DNA of 58,529 bases, the filler included, from Sphacelaria rigidula (Eukaryota), in NCBI GenBank assembly GCA_964200075.2. It is 9 parts of 9 records of this genome, joined end to end, with 100 filler letters (N's around TTAATTAATTAA, not from the genome) between each part and the next. Parts side by side here need not be neighbours in the genome. Positions count along the whole stretch, not along the records: positions 19,546 to 25,959 come from CAXNAA020020211.1; positions 26,060 to 32,473 come from CAXNAA020020212.1; positions 32,574 to 38,987 come from CAXNAA020020213.1; 6 more parts are not named here. One strand, 5' to 3'. The translations under genes and the position numbers were made by a program. The stretch's first letter is position 1, and every line of letters begins with the position of its first letter. The notes under the pieces are model-generated. The model was not told where the DNA came from, searched no databases, and was given only the letters and a program-made list of their open reading frames with translations. Positions 25,606 to 38,438 of this stretch are shown one piece after another.

Positions 25606-26690
25606 CGGTATGAGTTATACCCATTCGGATAATAGTCAGGGGATTCCACACGGACATATCTGGAGCCAACAGCTCCTTCTCTCCATCATATGGAAAGTAT
25701 TATCAACGGCAGCTACCGTAGACCGCTTCACCACGGAACGAGCACAACGCTAACAGTGATCCGCATTAATACCGAAAATGCGTGTTCATGATGATCATGA
25801 TTTGGGCACATTGATCAATTCGCCATGAGTCGTATCAGCCCAGATCGCCGTCTGCTTGTTCGCGGTTGCCCTGCTGGGTCAGGCGTCATGCACGAAATGG
25901 ATCGCTTCACGCCCTTCGGATAACATATCTTGTGACCTTCGTAAACATGGAAGGCCCCCNNNNNNNNNNNNNNNNNNNNNNNNNNNNNNNNNNNNNNNNN
26001 NNNTTAATTAATTAANNNNNNNNNNNNNNNNNNNNNNNNNNNNNNNNNNNNNNNNNNNNTTTTAATCCTCCGGGTTCTTATCCTCAATCAAAAGCACCAT
26101 CCTCAACATAGATGATTGGTTGTTTAATCTTCGCGCACTAGAGCTCCGCGAAAATATATGTCATTCAAGGTTCAACCTTCCACAACCCCGTATCATGTCC
26201 TTACCGGTCTTGCCAAGACATTTGAAACTAGGCATAGGACACACTGCGGACGGCTATACTGTTCGAACGGTTCATAGTTTTCGTCCACGTTCAACTTTAT
26301 ATCTGCTCACCTCCCGAGCGGCTTGTGTGCCAAAGAAGGAGTAGCCGCTGCACGACGACTCGCAAAGCTGGTGCGCAGTGGAGACACAACCACGGTCACG
26401 ACAGGCGGCGGGGATTCATCAGGAAGAGGGTCACACCCGACGTTGTAGTGCGGCGAATGAAATGGCGGGAAAGAGCGCAGGCTGAACTTTCAGTAAGCCT
26501 ACACGTAACACAACTTTCACGTCCAGGCAGGCTGTGTTGGACAACGCGCACCCCCACACGAAAGCGGTGACCTCGCAGACGGTTCGTCCGAGTTCGTCCA
26601 CCTCGTGTTGTAGCACGTGGCAACATATAGCCCAAATGATACGGTCAAACCCAGCGTTCCTCCCGGCATTCATCTCTCGTTGACGCTCAC

Positions 26691-29600
26691 CTCATTCGTC
26701 ATGTTGTCGCCGTCGACGAGAATTCTAATGGCCATGATGCGACTGGAAGTATCAGTGTAGCAGCCCTTGTAAGTAGATGTGGGTGGCGGTGTGTCGTCAC
26801 CGTAGTACACGCTCATGGCGCTGCGCCCACCGCAAATTTCACTGTCGTCGCCCGTGCACTCCATGTTGCAGTTGTCGGATGCACCGAGACGCTCAAAATC
26901 ATCGCCCTCGACACCGCAGAAGCACTCGCTAGCGTACTGGGTTCCGTAGAAGGGAGCGCTGCCGCAGAATTTTGCGCACTCCTGTATACGAAGTCAGCGA
27001 AGGAGAGCGAGGGTAAGCAGCAGGTAGCAGCAGGAGCTGGAGGGAGGCATCGCACAGGACTCGGCCATATCAAAAATACCCACTGTATCGGAATGATTGT
27101 AGCTGATACTGTATGATATATCCTTCGCGTATCGGAATGTTCCAGGAGGTCGTTATGAACTTCGCGCTTGAAGCTGAATTGAAGGAGCTGGAGCTGGAGT
27201 CACGTAGCTGGATCTAGGGTAGGTACGACCACGCGCCGGCCAAACATCATCAACTCGAGTCGACAACCAGCGTATTGATATCGGAAACGTTCGAGGGAAG
27301 AAACGCGTTCATGACAGAAAAACCCATCAACATGCGAGTTGTATCGCTTCTTGATAGTTCCTCTCGCGCTTCGGCAGAACCGTAAAAGTATTGTGAGTCT
27401 GCTACATCAGGGACGGGGGGGGTACTCATTTGTTACTTGCCTTAGTCGTTTGATCGTTGACCACGCATGCCTATCGAGACGGAGCCCACTCCTAATAGAG
27501 ACATCTCCAATATTTCGATGCTCATTACGTTTCTACTGTACACTACCCAGAAACACTCTACATATCTTATCCCCGTCCTGTTTCGCCGCCTGTGGCCACC
27601 GTATACCTTCTAGTGTAGCCATTGTTTTCTCGCTACTGTATTATGCACAAAACGATTTCATGCTTCCTTCGTTCACGTCCCGCATTTCCCACTCTCGCAC
27701 GTTCCGGTCTTCCTTTTATGTTTCACATTCTGCAACTATATGGGTTCTGCTCTACTGCTTTCCCACAGGGGCAATTCTATGCGTCTACTTTCTGCTTTCG
27801 ACAATTGGGGGGGGTCCACTCCACGAAAAAACAGCTCGTGGGTGTGTCAGACGACCCAACACACTAGCGGTGCGCTTGTATTTGTGTCAACAAAACTTGC
27901 CGAGCGGTGCGATTGGGCGTTATTTATGGGTAACATGCGCGTTCGAACGACCGTTGCTGCATTCAACGACGGTTTGAAGTGGAATTTCGCGGAAGAAATG
28001 GTCCGATTCCCCCCCCACCCCCCCCATCGTGGCACGTCTGCTTGCACCACACTAAGTGTTGCTGGTATGCCCTGTCGTGAGGGCATTGCCGTGCCCTACT
28101 CACCGCCGAGGTCATGTCGGGGTCATTCTTTTTCGATTGTCCTGTCAAAATGCGGTCCCTGCTGCTGTCTACGAAGCAGCCAGCATACCCCGACGGGGAG
28201 TCATCAGTGAACTCGTAGACACTGATGGCGTTGCGGCCGCCGCACGTCTCGCTTGCGTCACCAGAGCACTCCATGTTGCATGTAGCATCTCCGAGGCGAC
28301 TGGGATCATCCGATGAAGGCCCGCAGAAGCACTCTTTACCAAACTGAGTGCCGAAGTAAGTTGAGCCCGCGCAAAGCGAGGCGCAGGACTGGAAATAGTA
28401 GGACGCGAGGTAGGGGGGATTGGGCAACGACGGTCGGCAGATATTTCAACGAGAACGCGTGGCTGCTCCCTCTGAAGCACCTGTCTAGATATATCTGATG
28501 CCAAAATACAGAGAGTGGGTATGGTATCGTGGGAAAGATGTGTGTGTACGTCTATCAACAGCGAAAAGAAATGTCTCCACCGTGCCTTTCAACTTGTCGA
28601 CAGATCGAAGGTACGCACGACTTACAATATCTCATGCAACTTGAAGCGCATCATCAAAGGATTGACAGGCAACCGCGCACAGCGCCTCAGAATCGAACTG
28701 ATATGCATCGAAAAACACCGACGAACACAAGGGCAAGTCAACAACAATTCGATGCACTCACATCAATGGTCAAGGAACCCTGGTTTTTAAATGCATCTCC
28801 AGAGAGTACACGGTCCCTGGTGCTGTCGGCGAAGCAGCCCAGGAACGCGTAATCCTCGGGAGTAGTCGTGTCGGGAGTGGGTGCAGGGGTAGGAGCCGGA
28901 GTAGGCTTGTCGGAAGGGTCCCTCCAGTTGGAGATGGTTTCCTGAGGGAGATTGAGGCGAGGCACACGTCGACGATAAAACACAATGATACGTCCGTTGT
29001 GGTTGAGCTGTAGCAGTCTACTACCAGGACGTCGTCTCCACCCCTCACCCCGCAAGAAAGGTTTACGGTCGAGAGATGAATGTACCGGACCCTTTTCCCC
29101 TCAGCTATTGCTCGTGCGTGGTATGAGGTCATCTGGCAACCATTGTCGATGACCGATCCAGTCTTTGACATCTCGCGGTCAACAATCATCACAACAACTT
29201 AGTGAACAATACCACGAACCACGAACCACCAAATACCCCTTGATCAACCATTCATCGCACTTTTGACACAAAATTCTGACCATGGTCTCCCTGATGACCC
29301 TGGCGTTGTCCTCCGTCGAGGTTCCGGTGGGCTTCTCTAGGTAGTTGACGTCGGGATTGGAGAAGTAGTTGATGACAGGTGCCGCCCAGCAGCTGTTGGA
29401 GTAGCTCATGACTGTACGGAACAGCCTGACCAAGCATGGTACGCGTGAGCGAACGGAGACAAATCAGGAAACAGACATGTATAATGTTAATCGCATCCAA
29501 TAACATGTCGTGCACCATGTACAGTGCGATGTGTCGAGTCGTAAGCATCTGTATAAACCAGCATCGTATTTCTTGGGCAATGTAAGGCTATTCCTCCAGT

Positions 29601-31865
29601 TTCCATCGCGCGGTGGAATGGGACTCGGCAAAACATCCGTGACTCTGGTTGAGGTGAAACCAAGGTATCAACGCAGCGACATAGGCGAGACGTTTGTTCA
29701 CCATTTTGGCTGCGGATCAGACCGCGACTCAACCATTCAGCTCGAGGCACAAAAAGGCGGTAGGTCACTCACGGATCGTCGCCCGAGCAGTATCGCATCC
29801 CGTGGGAGTACTCCTCATCAAAATTGCTGTTCTCGCGGTCGTGATGCGCTCCCATGTTGTGGCCAAACTCGTGGGTGTGGCTGAAGTTGTAGAAGCAGTT
29901 AGCGCCCACGGTGGAAAATCCATACCGGTCCTGGCCGAACCAGTAGAGCCACCTGTGGTGATAGAGAAAAGGTTGATGGAGGCACGATGATGACGATGGG
30001 TTAGAGGGCACCGTTTTTTGCGTATATTATTATGTTTCGCAAGCGGTTTTCACCGTAATAGAATTAACTGATGATGGCGGATGTCGAGCTCGTCCAGAAC
30101 TCGCGACTCAATTCACGCTGGAGATGGGTTGCCGGTAATTACGACTCATTCGGTATGTCTTTTTCGTAAATTGATTTTCCCGGGCTTGTACGTTGGATCG
30201 AACAGAAACAGCACGCGCATGATTCCAAACCAAAAACACGGATCGCATGAAAACGGTTTTCACGCATTATTATCCGGCGTCCCGGTTTGTCCCTCTAGTA
30301 GTAGCACCAACATCCAACAAACTATCGAGGCGGAGAGTACATGCAAGCGAAGTAGCGTTCAGGGTTGGGGCATTCTAACCAAGCAACTTTGGTGCGTGTA
30401 CACCATCGTATCAATTCACTCACGCAATCCCACAGTAATCGGAGAACTGGCCTACAAGCTGAACCAGATCAGCGCCGTACTCATCGCGCAGGGCTGCGAC
30501 CTCTGCGTTGCTATCCAACTCGTACAACGCCTCTTCGCTGCCGGTCTGCTGATCGTACGGCAACTGTAAGAACACGAAGGCAACAAGGATGGGGAAGACA
30601 CGGATCAACAGGAGTTCGGCTACCGCTGATTCTGCGGTACCAAAGGGCGCTGTGCGTCCTCCCAAACCTAGAAGGGGTGTTGCTAGGCGTTTCGTATCGA
30701 GAGCAAGGGACCGTATGTATGATGCCACTGAGAAAAAAAACCTTTACGCCGCACTTTTCGTTTTTGTTCTCATGGGCTAATTGACTCACACAGCAAAACC
30801 TCAGGATACGATATAAATGAAACGATCAGTTGGGGTTAAGAGTGCTGTAACAAGACTGCGAAATGAATGCAGAAGATAATCCTATCAATGATGTTTATTT
30901 TCTCTTGCAGAACATCGACAAAGATGCAAAGTTTACCTGGCCCACGTGAACAAGACGGTAGTGCACATCGAGGTCCGAATTGACGAAGGCCTCATTCGTC
31001 GAAGCGATGGCGTCCGTGATAATGGTCGTCATCTGCTCGTCGCTGATGCCTCCCAGCTGGCTCTTCGCCAGATCGCTATAGAGCATCATTACATCAACCT
31101 ACTCGATACATCGTGCGCCCGTGACGACCGTTATGCGGAGAGGGAAAAAGGGGTCGTCACAACAGTGGAAGAAGACACGGGTAGGGTGTGGGGTGTGGGA
31201 GGCGACCGGAGGCGACCGGAGAGGGGAGGTTGAGGGAGGGTTGTGCACATCAAGTCGCGATGATAATATTCATGGTGTGCGTGAACGAAGCTTCGTACAC
31301 AGATCGCGAGGGATAGAGATTAGCAGCTACCAGCCCCCCGTGGCATGGGCCATGAACCTTGGGTCTGTCACCTTCGCAGTGAATCCTATTCGCCGGAGCT
31401 ATAGACTCACGCCTGAGCTGATGACATTTTTGCTCCAACTCAGCTGTTTCCGAGTTTGGCTTCTCATCTTACCGGTCTGCAGCACTACTTTCGTCATATG
31501 CATTAAGATATTCGATATAAACACAGAGGTGACTATTCATCTCAGGCAAGTCTCAAACACATGACACGATTCCAGACCATACGAATGAGAGTAGTATTCG
31601 TGCGGTGAAGATGCATTCACTTGAGGTTTACGCTGTCCTCTGACGTGGCGCTGATATAGTTGGCTGGGCATAGATGTAAACTCATGGCAGTCATAGGACG
31701 TACCTCGGTCGATGTCTGGAGCTTGCGGTCCTTATTGGTGCGACGAACAGCTTTACGACCAACGCTGCTCGCACGCAGACGGCGGGAAGTAGTCCCTGAT
31801 GTATCAGGCTCGGAAGTAGGGGCCACATCATCTGGCAAGATCGAGCCCTTAAGCTCCAGTGACAC
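26691..31865 (-). CDS. Metzincin zinc metalloprotease (peptidyl-Asp/M72 or reprolysin-like) with tandem WSC domains, partial. Exons 31865-31704, 31098-30937, 30563-30424, 29952-29773, 29425-29281, 28941-28762, 28388-28104, 26981-26691
   Basis: Eight GT-AG exons splice in phase. They encode a basic RRLR/RKLQ pro-segment, VDVMMLY, ADLVQLV...CGIA, the zinc motif HEFGHNMGAHHD, a Met-turn RTVMSY, YFSNP...PTG...DNARVI, a PTPAP linker, two complete WSC domains (GCF.D...C...C...YFGTQ...ECFCG...C.M.C.GD..E.CGG...SVY) and the start of a third. Confidence 0.92.
27422..27802 (-). mobile_element. Intronic 5'-truncated family B LINE 3' end. Further family B tips at 32652-32830(-), 46907-47108(-), 58427-58465(+) and, degenerate, ~50685-50730(-)
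   Basis: Homologous to 13485-13879. It ends in AAATGAGTAC, with G8 runs on both sides (27415-27422 and 27807-27814). Confidence 0.85.
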
Positions 31866-32320
31866 CTGAGATGACAATGTTCGTGCAGGACAATTCGGGA
31901 GACGCTTAATGTGAAAAATGTTGAGCGTGGAAGGATGTGCGGGAGAACAGATATGCGGATACCAATGCGTTGCTAATTATTTGATTCTATCGAACTGATG
32001 GAGCCCAAGTAGTCCGCATGGACCATTCATCGAAAGCAAAACATTCATAACGCCCCCACGCTTACGTGCCCACATCATGTCTTGGCTCCGTCAAAAGCCG
32101 GTCGGCGAACCTGCGTGTACGTAGGGCTTCTAGGCACGATACGTCCGTCTGGGTATCAGAGAACAGGAAATGTGCTGTAATGCGTGAGAGGACCACGTGC
32201 TTAGAGGACCGCATCGGAATGTGAACATCGCCATGGCTAGCGTTAGGGTTAGGGTTAGTGTTGGGGTTATGGTCAGGGGCGTGGTACCTGCAGAGACTGG
32301 CCCGATTGGTTTTGGAAGCA

Positions 32321-32464
32321 TCGATCCTGCGGTTTTTTCAACTACGGCGCGGTCCTCTAAGCACGCGGTCCTCTCACGCATTACGGTGCTACATCGTAGT
32401 GTGATGCTTGAGAGGACCGCGTGCTTAGAGGACCGCGCCGTAGTTCGAAACACCTCAGGATCGA
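32321..32464. repeat. ~145-nt hairpin next to degenerate (TTAGGG)n repeats
   Basis: AACTACGGCGCGGTCCTCTAAGCACGCGGTCCTCTCA pairs perfectly with TGAGAGGACCGCGTGCTTAGAGGACCGCGCCGTAGTT. A partial arm copy lies at about 32178-32213 and telomere-like repeats at about 32238-32280. Confidence 0.9.
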
Positions 32465-33479
32465 CGTTTTAAANNNNNNNNNNNNNNNNNNNNNNNNNNN
32501 NNNNNNNNNNNNNNNNNTTAATTAATTAANNNNNNNNNNNNNNNNNNNNNNNNNNNNNNNNNNNNNNNNNNNNGGATGACAGCCTACAATGAGTTGCTTT
32601 ATTTTTTGGTATCGCCACTTCCCGAGACAGCCACAGGGGGGGGGGGGGGGCGTACTCATTTGTTGCTTGCCTTTGTCATTTGATCATGGACCACGAGTCC
32701 CTTTCGAGACGGAGCACTGTTCCCACTCCTAAAAGAGGCACCTCCAACATCTGGGCGCCAAATACGTTACTTCCAAACATGGCACAGAACATATTTTCAT
32801 ATCTCATCCTCTTCCTCCTTCACCGTCTGCAGAGGGTCGTAGTTCGGAATACAGCGCATTATGCTCTCATCCACAGGAGATGAGTGCTCGGATACAGGGC
32901 GGTCCTCCATATGTGCCGACTATGCTCATTGGGTCAACTTTGTAAATACAGATAGATAGCAACTTACAGGGGGACCTGGAAGTTTCGAATGCATAAAGTG
33001 TATAAAGCGTGACCAAAAAACGAAGACACTAAACTTTTCGCGAAAACATGTAATTATTTGTCAAATTTCATGCGTTATTCTGTTTTATATAATTTTCGTA
33101 AGGCCTTCGTGCCGGACCCCACTGTACGGAAGGGATGACAAACTGACGACGGAATCATATCATGGTTTCAAAGAGGTGAGCATACGCAATATATATATAT
33201 ATATATATCGGTATGTATTTTCACATTTGTGAAGTTGCAATGTGATTTCTACTTTTCACCGCCAATTGTCATCAGTGAAGTGAGTTCCGTGAGGAAATAA
33301 ATACTCACACCAGCAAGCTATGTAAGAGGAATATAGGTTTTGATACACGGTTATTTCGCAACCACTCTTGTACAACACAGGATAACTGCAAAGTGCACAT
33401 CAAAATTGCCGGTCAACGGTATAAGCAGACGGGGGAGTTCGTCTCCCTTAGTATCGCTATCAGCGCGGATGCGAAAGTA

Positions 33480-34396
33480 TCCATCGAAATCAACTGCCGG
33501 ATCAGCGCAGCGTGGGGCGCGTATCCGAAAATATAGCTCTCAACTCTACGATCGACCCAACGCTCAGTTATCCTTGAAAGTTCGGCTGCTTAAAGCTGAG
33601 GTGGTAGAAGCTCTGCTGCGCGGATGTGCCACATGAACGTCGTGTTCGAACCGACTATCCGCAAACGCCAACTCTAGTTCGCGGGAGCCCTTGTTCGGCC
33701 GAAGGAAGCTCGCCTTCCTAAACACGTCATGAACGGACGGTTAACCGCACGAGGGCCCAGGGAGGCTGGCCGTACCCCCAAAAGATGGCAGGAAAATCTC
33801 CAGGAGAACTTGCGTGCACTAGGGGCTGTTCCGCACAAAGGAGCACGACGGTAATGGTTCGTCTCCTTCCTCTTTGCTCTCCCTTTCCCGCACCCCTTTC
33901 TCTCTACATGTGTTCTGTCCTACCGGTGTATGGTGTATACCCGAGCAGCGTGGTACCTCCTTTCATTATGTTTTTTCCATGGATGAGAGGGTCCACACCC
34001 CAAATAGTGCGGTCGTAGTACATAACCCGCAATCTTTTCATTTTCCCACGGCCGTTTGTTTCGTACGACTGGGTATGAGTGTGCGGTTCTGCGTAGTAAG
34101 ATCTTTTCCGCCGGAACCGTGTGACAGAGGCCAGCCATTTTCTTTTCCTTTCTCTTGTTTTCTTTTTTTTGTGGCTTTGTTTTTGTTTTATTTTCTGTCC
34201 TAGTCTACCCTGTTGTTCTAGTCTACCCTGTTGTTCTAGTCTACTTTTTGTGTGTGTGTGTGTTTTTTTTTCCTTTAGCGAGTGTTTCAGTTTTCTTTTC
34301 TCTCGGCTACGTCTATCCTGTGATTATGACCACGATTGAATCATGACTCCTAGGGAATCAGTTGAAGTGCGACAATCAATCAAATGAATCAATCCA
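33480..34396 (+). mobile_element. RTE-type LINE 3' fragment with 3' UTR and (CAAT)n-like tail
   Basis: Frameshifted peptide INCRISAAW...SLKVRLLKAEVVEALLRGCAT...RLPKHVMNG...GRTPKRWQENLQENLRALG. It ends in TGCGACAATCAATCAAATGAATCAATC, and similar ends occur at about 1497-1523 and 44995-45023. Confidence 0.7.
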
Positions 34397-36806
34397 TGGT
34401 GATTTTTTGTTTTTGGGAAGCGTTACGCTTCTTCTCCTAGAAAACTACCTCTCTCACGTTCCCCACTCCTTCGCACCACCCTGAAACACGATGATGTCAG
34501 AAAGGTCTCGATATTTCAAGCTGCGATCACCGGGAATAAAAGGGCATCATCCGAGGGGCGACTCGTTTTATATATTGCTATATCAGCACCATTATAAGAA
34601 TCGACCAAGGATACGGGCACCATCTCTCCTTTTAAGTGACAAGAACTTATCATAATGCTACCTGTATCCCGCCCGAATCTGCAGCTTGACCAAATCGCAA
34701 GGCAACCTGCAAGTATTCTCTCAAGAGGAAGTAAGTATCGTGCACCACCTACATGCGGAGCCACTTCGTGGCAGGGCCCTGTTGTGCACTATTTGCATCA
34801 TCTCAGTTTTCGTTAGTAGTAAGTACACCGTGCAAGGTATATCATACGTCCAGCGGTGCTGCGGTAGTGCGGCGTTTTTGAGGCCAAATGTTGTCTGAGG
34901 TTGCACGTGTAAGCTCTCAGGTGTTTCTCGCTGAGGGGCCGTCGAAGTGAAGGACGTCAAAAACGTTTCGTGCACCCCTAACGTGGCACCACTCTGTTGC
35001 AGACTCTTTCCCCCCCCCAACTTGCTGCGGCACGTGGGAATAGTACTCCGGTGTCCCCGGTATTGCCTGAAGCCCCGAGTTGTTTCTTTTTTCTGACCAC
35101 GCGGTAATGCGTGTGTCTAGGCGGTGTGCGACGGCGACAGCGTTTGACGCGGAGGTTGCTTGATTAATGGATTGTCACACATCAGTCAACGATTCCCGCG
35201 AGATCCAGCCGTGGTTACGGATAGAACGGCTTCCCTGTCCCCCCGCCAGGTATTAATGAAGGTCAGTAGAGTTTTCACGATCGCATAGAACACTAATGGG
35301 GGTACGGAAAGTTTCTCCTCCATGAAGATGCGTGTTTTTCAACCTGCAGAGCGTTTCGTGCCCATTCTTTTCTGATACGCACGGTAACTTGTCGATTTCT
35401 GTTCCGTTCTCCACGGACTGGCTGATGCCAATCCCAGAAAAGTTTGATATTGACGTCCGACGGTATCTTTGCGTGTTTAGGCGGACCCGAGGCGGCCACC
35501 TTCCCTCAGGCCTTGAGAGTCGTTCAAATAGTGTGGGTGAAGTTGAGAAAAATCAACTGTTTAGCTTTCATGCCCGTTGCGAACTCCGGTCGGGAGTGAG
35601 TACGGCAGCAACGAAAGCTAGCTATGATCGGGTTTGCCTTCCGTACTACCGGCAGCGTTGCGTGAAAGCCACAAGACCTTTGCGGTCGGCAGTTGATGGC
35701 GCGGGTCTCAAATGCAACGACAAGTGGTTGATGGTAGCGCATTCTCGTTCAGCTTGTAATGCATGACCTCCTCACATCGTAATAATTCTGGAAAGCTACT
35801 CGTAGTGTACCCAGGTGTTCACGCGACCAGCGTGTGCTCCAGATTGTAGCATGGACGGGCTCCTATGCGCCACACTCACAACAGTTAGGTCACCACCATA
35901 CGTATCTTTTTTCACTCCGCATGTCAAAAAGGTCTCTACAAGTGTTTGATCTTTCATACACCCCCCTCCACTNNNNNNNNNNCAATGATGAACAACACCC
36001 CCAAGTTTAAATTGAATCTGTTTGTTGTGGCCGCACCACCGCCCTTGCTGGCATGTGTGTTACAGAGAACAGTAGTAGCGATGACGGGAGCATTGCCCTA
36101 TTTTTCAACGACATGTTTTTCGGCGCACAGAAGCGCGTCCTGTCCAAAAGGAGCGGCAGAGAGAAATCGATCTTCGCATTCGTGAGCTCGACAGGTAGTT
36201 GTAAGACGAGAGAAAATCTTTTCGCAGCTCAATGTCTCAGCGCATGAAAAATTGGGCACATGCTGGTAACATCGATGATGTCAGTCTCTCGAGATTTTGG
36301 TAATCGCCGAGCGAGGACACGCGAAGGACACGGGCGAGAAGCTTCCTCTCTGTCGTTGCTTCTCTCTCTGGTGATATCGTNNNNNNNNNNCACGCGTGTA
36401 CACCGCATTCGTTAGGTGCACCTAGCTACAGCTGCTTAACTGCGGCGGAAATTTTGGGGGGAAGATGGCTTCGCTCGGTCGAAAGTGTTTCGCGTCATCC
36501 CTGCAAAAGAGAAACGCCACTTCAACCTCATTTTTTAGATGAACCCCATTTTCTAGGATCCACTGTTACGTGTTGTACCCGGCCCCATATATCCATACAA
36601 ATGAGTAAGTCATCCTGCAAATTCGGAATAACCACATGCGCCTTGCTGCAGCAAATGATACTTATTCATCCGCTGCTAGTTGCTATCTATAAATGAACCC
36701 TGTACACCAGAAACACAACGAAACGCACTATAATTTTCGACACACGATGTGCGGTGAAAAACTTCAAAGAAAGCGACCATGCACTGCGGTGCTTCCTTTC
36801 TCCTAC

Positions 36807-38438
36807 CACTGAACGACTCGCCTGGGCCTCCTCCTCCTCCTCCTCCGTAGTGTTGTTGCCTTCTGATGCACTGGTCAAAGATGATGCCGTGGAACTGGTT
36901 TCGTTCGATGATGTGCTATTTGTTGTCGATTCTTGCAGACGAAGAGTCTGAGAGCAGCGGTTTCGAACGAGAATATCCCGAGAGAAATGTCGAGTAAGGG
37001 TCATTGATGTGAAATGGAATTGGACACAGAGAGGATAAAACACAAGTAGGCGCGTGCCTCTTAGGATTCCATACTTTATTGTCGCCTGTAAGGTCATAGA
37101 AAATCGACGGCGAGGTGTACGATCATATTTGACCAGTAACGTTCCGTCCCGCAATTTCCCTTGACCCCACTTCCCTGCCCCCGCCAGTTCGAAGAACGTT
37201 TCCTGATTGAGAATACCTACGTTGTACCCCACAACACCGTTGATGTTTTCTTATTGCCCAACACAACGTTCCCGAGAACACTCCAGGCATTCCATTCCTC
37301 GCCAACACCCGGTGCCTTTTAGTCCGATGCGAAATGGCTCCATTCCCGGAAAAATACTTTCCTCCACAATAGCAGGGCTATACTGCCCTTCGGTTCTTGA
37401 TTCATTGAGAACAGATCGAGGAACACTGTGTTTGCCATTGCTGTTGTCTAGTTTCTTGTGGTCAGCGTTTGCATACGCAGTTGTGCGGTGACTATGGGCA
37501 CTGCCATGACCAATTCCCTCGACATACACGCACAAACCGGAAAAAATCTTCGATACTGAATCAGGCAAGAAAACCAGTCACACCACCAAGGCTGACATAG
37601 CCATTTGATATATGAATTAGACCCAGATTTATCCACCTTTGGCTGCTGCAGCGCCATCCCCCCCTCCGGCTCCCTCCCCAGGACCATATCCGATACATTG
37701 GCATAGTGCAGCACGATACCCTCCAGTCGCCAGTCCACGAAGTCGTCGGTCGAGCATGCCCCTATTCCGCCAGTCAAGGCCTCGCCCACCTCGATGGCCG
37801 CCGCGCCTCTCCAGCCGTCACTGGCGTTTTTCCTGGTTTGTCCTCGATTTGGGGGCGGGGGGAGGGGAGGGGTTGCGTCGAGAACGACTGGAAAAATGAT
37901 GTTCAGCCTTGCGCATGCAACGATTATTGTTACATATAGATGCAACGGAAAATAAGTAACGAAAGTACCATTATAGTGGAGAGTGAGATGAATGCCATTA
38001 TTCAATCGTCCAGTAGTGAACGACGTTGTTGCAGAAAACGTTAAATGCACAAAAAGGAAAACTAAATGCTTCGGGGCTTTATGATAAAATCTGAGACCGG
38101 ATTTCGTTCGCTGACGATTGAAGAGAGTCTGCTGAAAAACAGCGAGTTGTGCGCGATCTTTCTTTTCCACTGTTTAGACGGGTGCTTGGAGGCGTGCTAC
38201 TGTTTCTAAGGTTCTACAAGCAGAAACGCGTTCAACATCAAAACCACAGTGTAAAGTACAGCCACTTCCACTGCCAGTGCACACTGCCAGTAAGTAGTAG
38301 TAGTGGTGGTGGTGGTAGGAGCGTGAGTCCACCTGAAAGTAACCGTGAAGTGTTTTGGATTTCAAGCGGGAGTGCCGTGCATTTATCTTGGGACGACCCA
38401 CCTGGTATTGTCGTGCTCTCCATACCAGTACCTTGTTC
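36807..38438 (-). CDS. Unidentified multi-exon gene fragment. Putative exons 38438-38402, 37832-37637, 36947-36807
   Basis: The GT-AG boundaries are phase-compatible and give TRYWYGEHDNTR/KNASDGWRGAAAIEVGEALTGGIGACSTDDFVDWRLEGIVLHYANV...QPK/TLRLQESTTNSTSS...EEEEEEAQ. No family was recognised. Confidence 0.45.

Noticed and set aside
32966..33126. Small TA-flanked MITE (TACAGGGGGACC...GGACCCCACTGTA)
   Set aside because: The inverted match is too short and imperfect to support.
37251..37253. In-frame TAA between two minus-strand ORFs as possible readthrough
   Set aside because: The region most likely lies in an intron of the putative gene and has no recognisable protein motifs.
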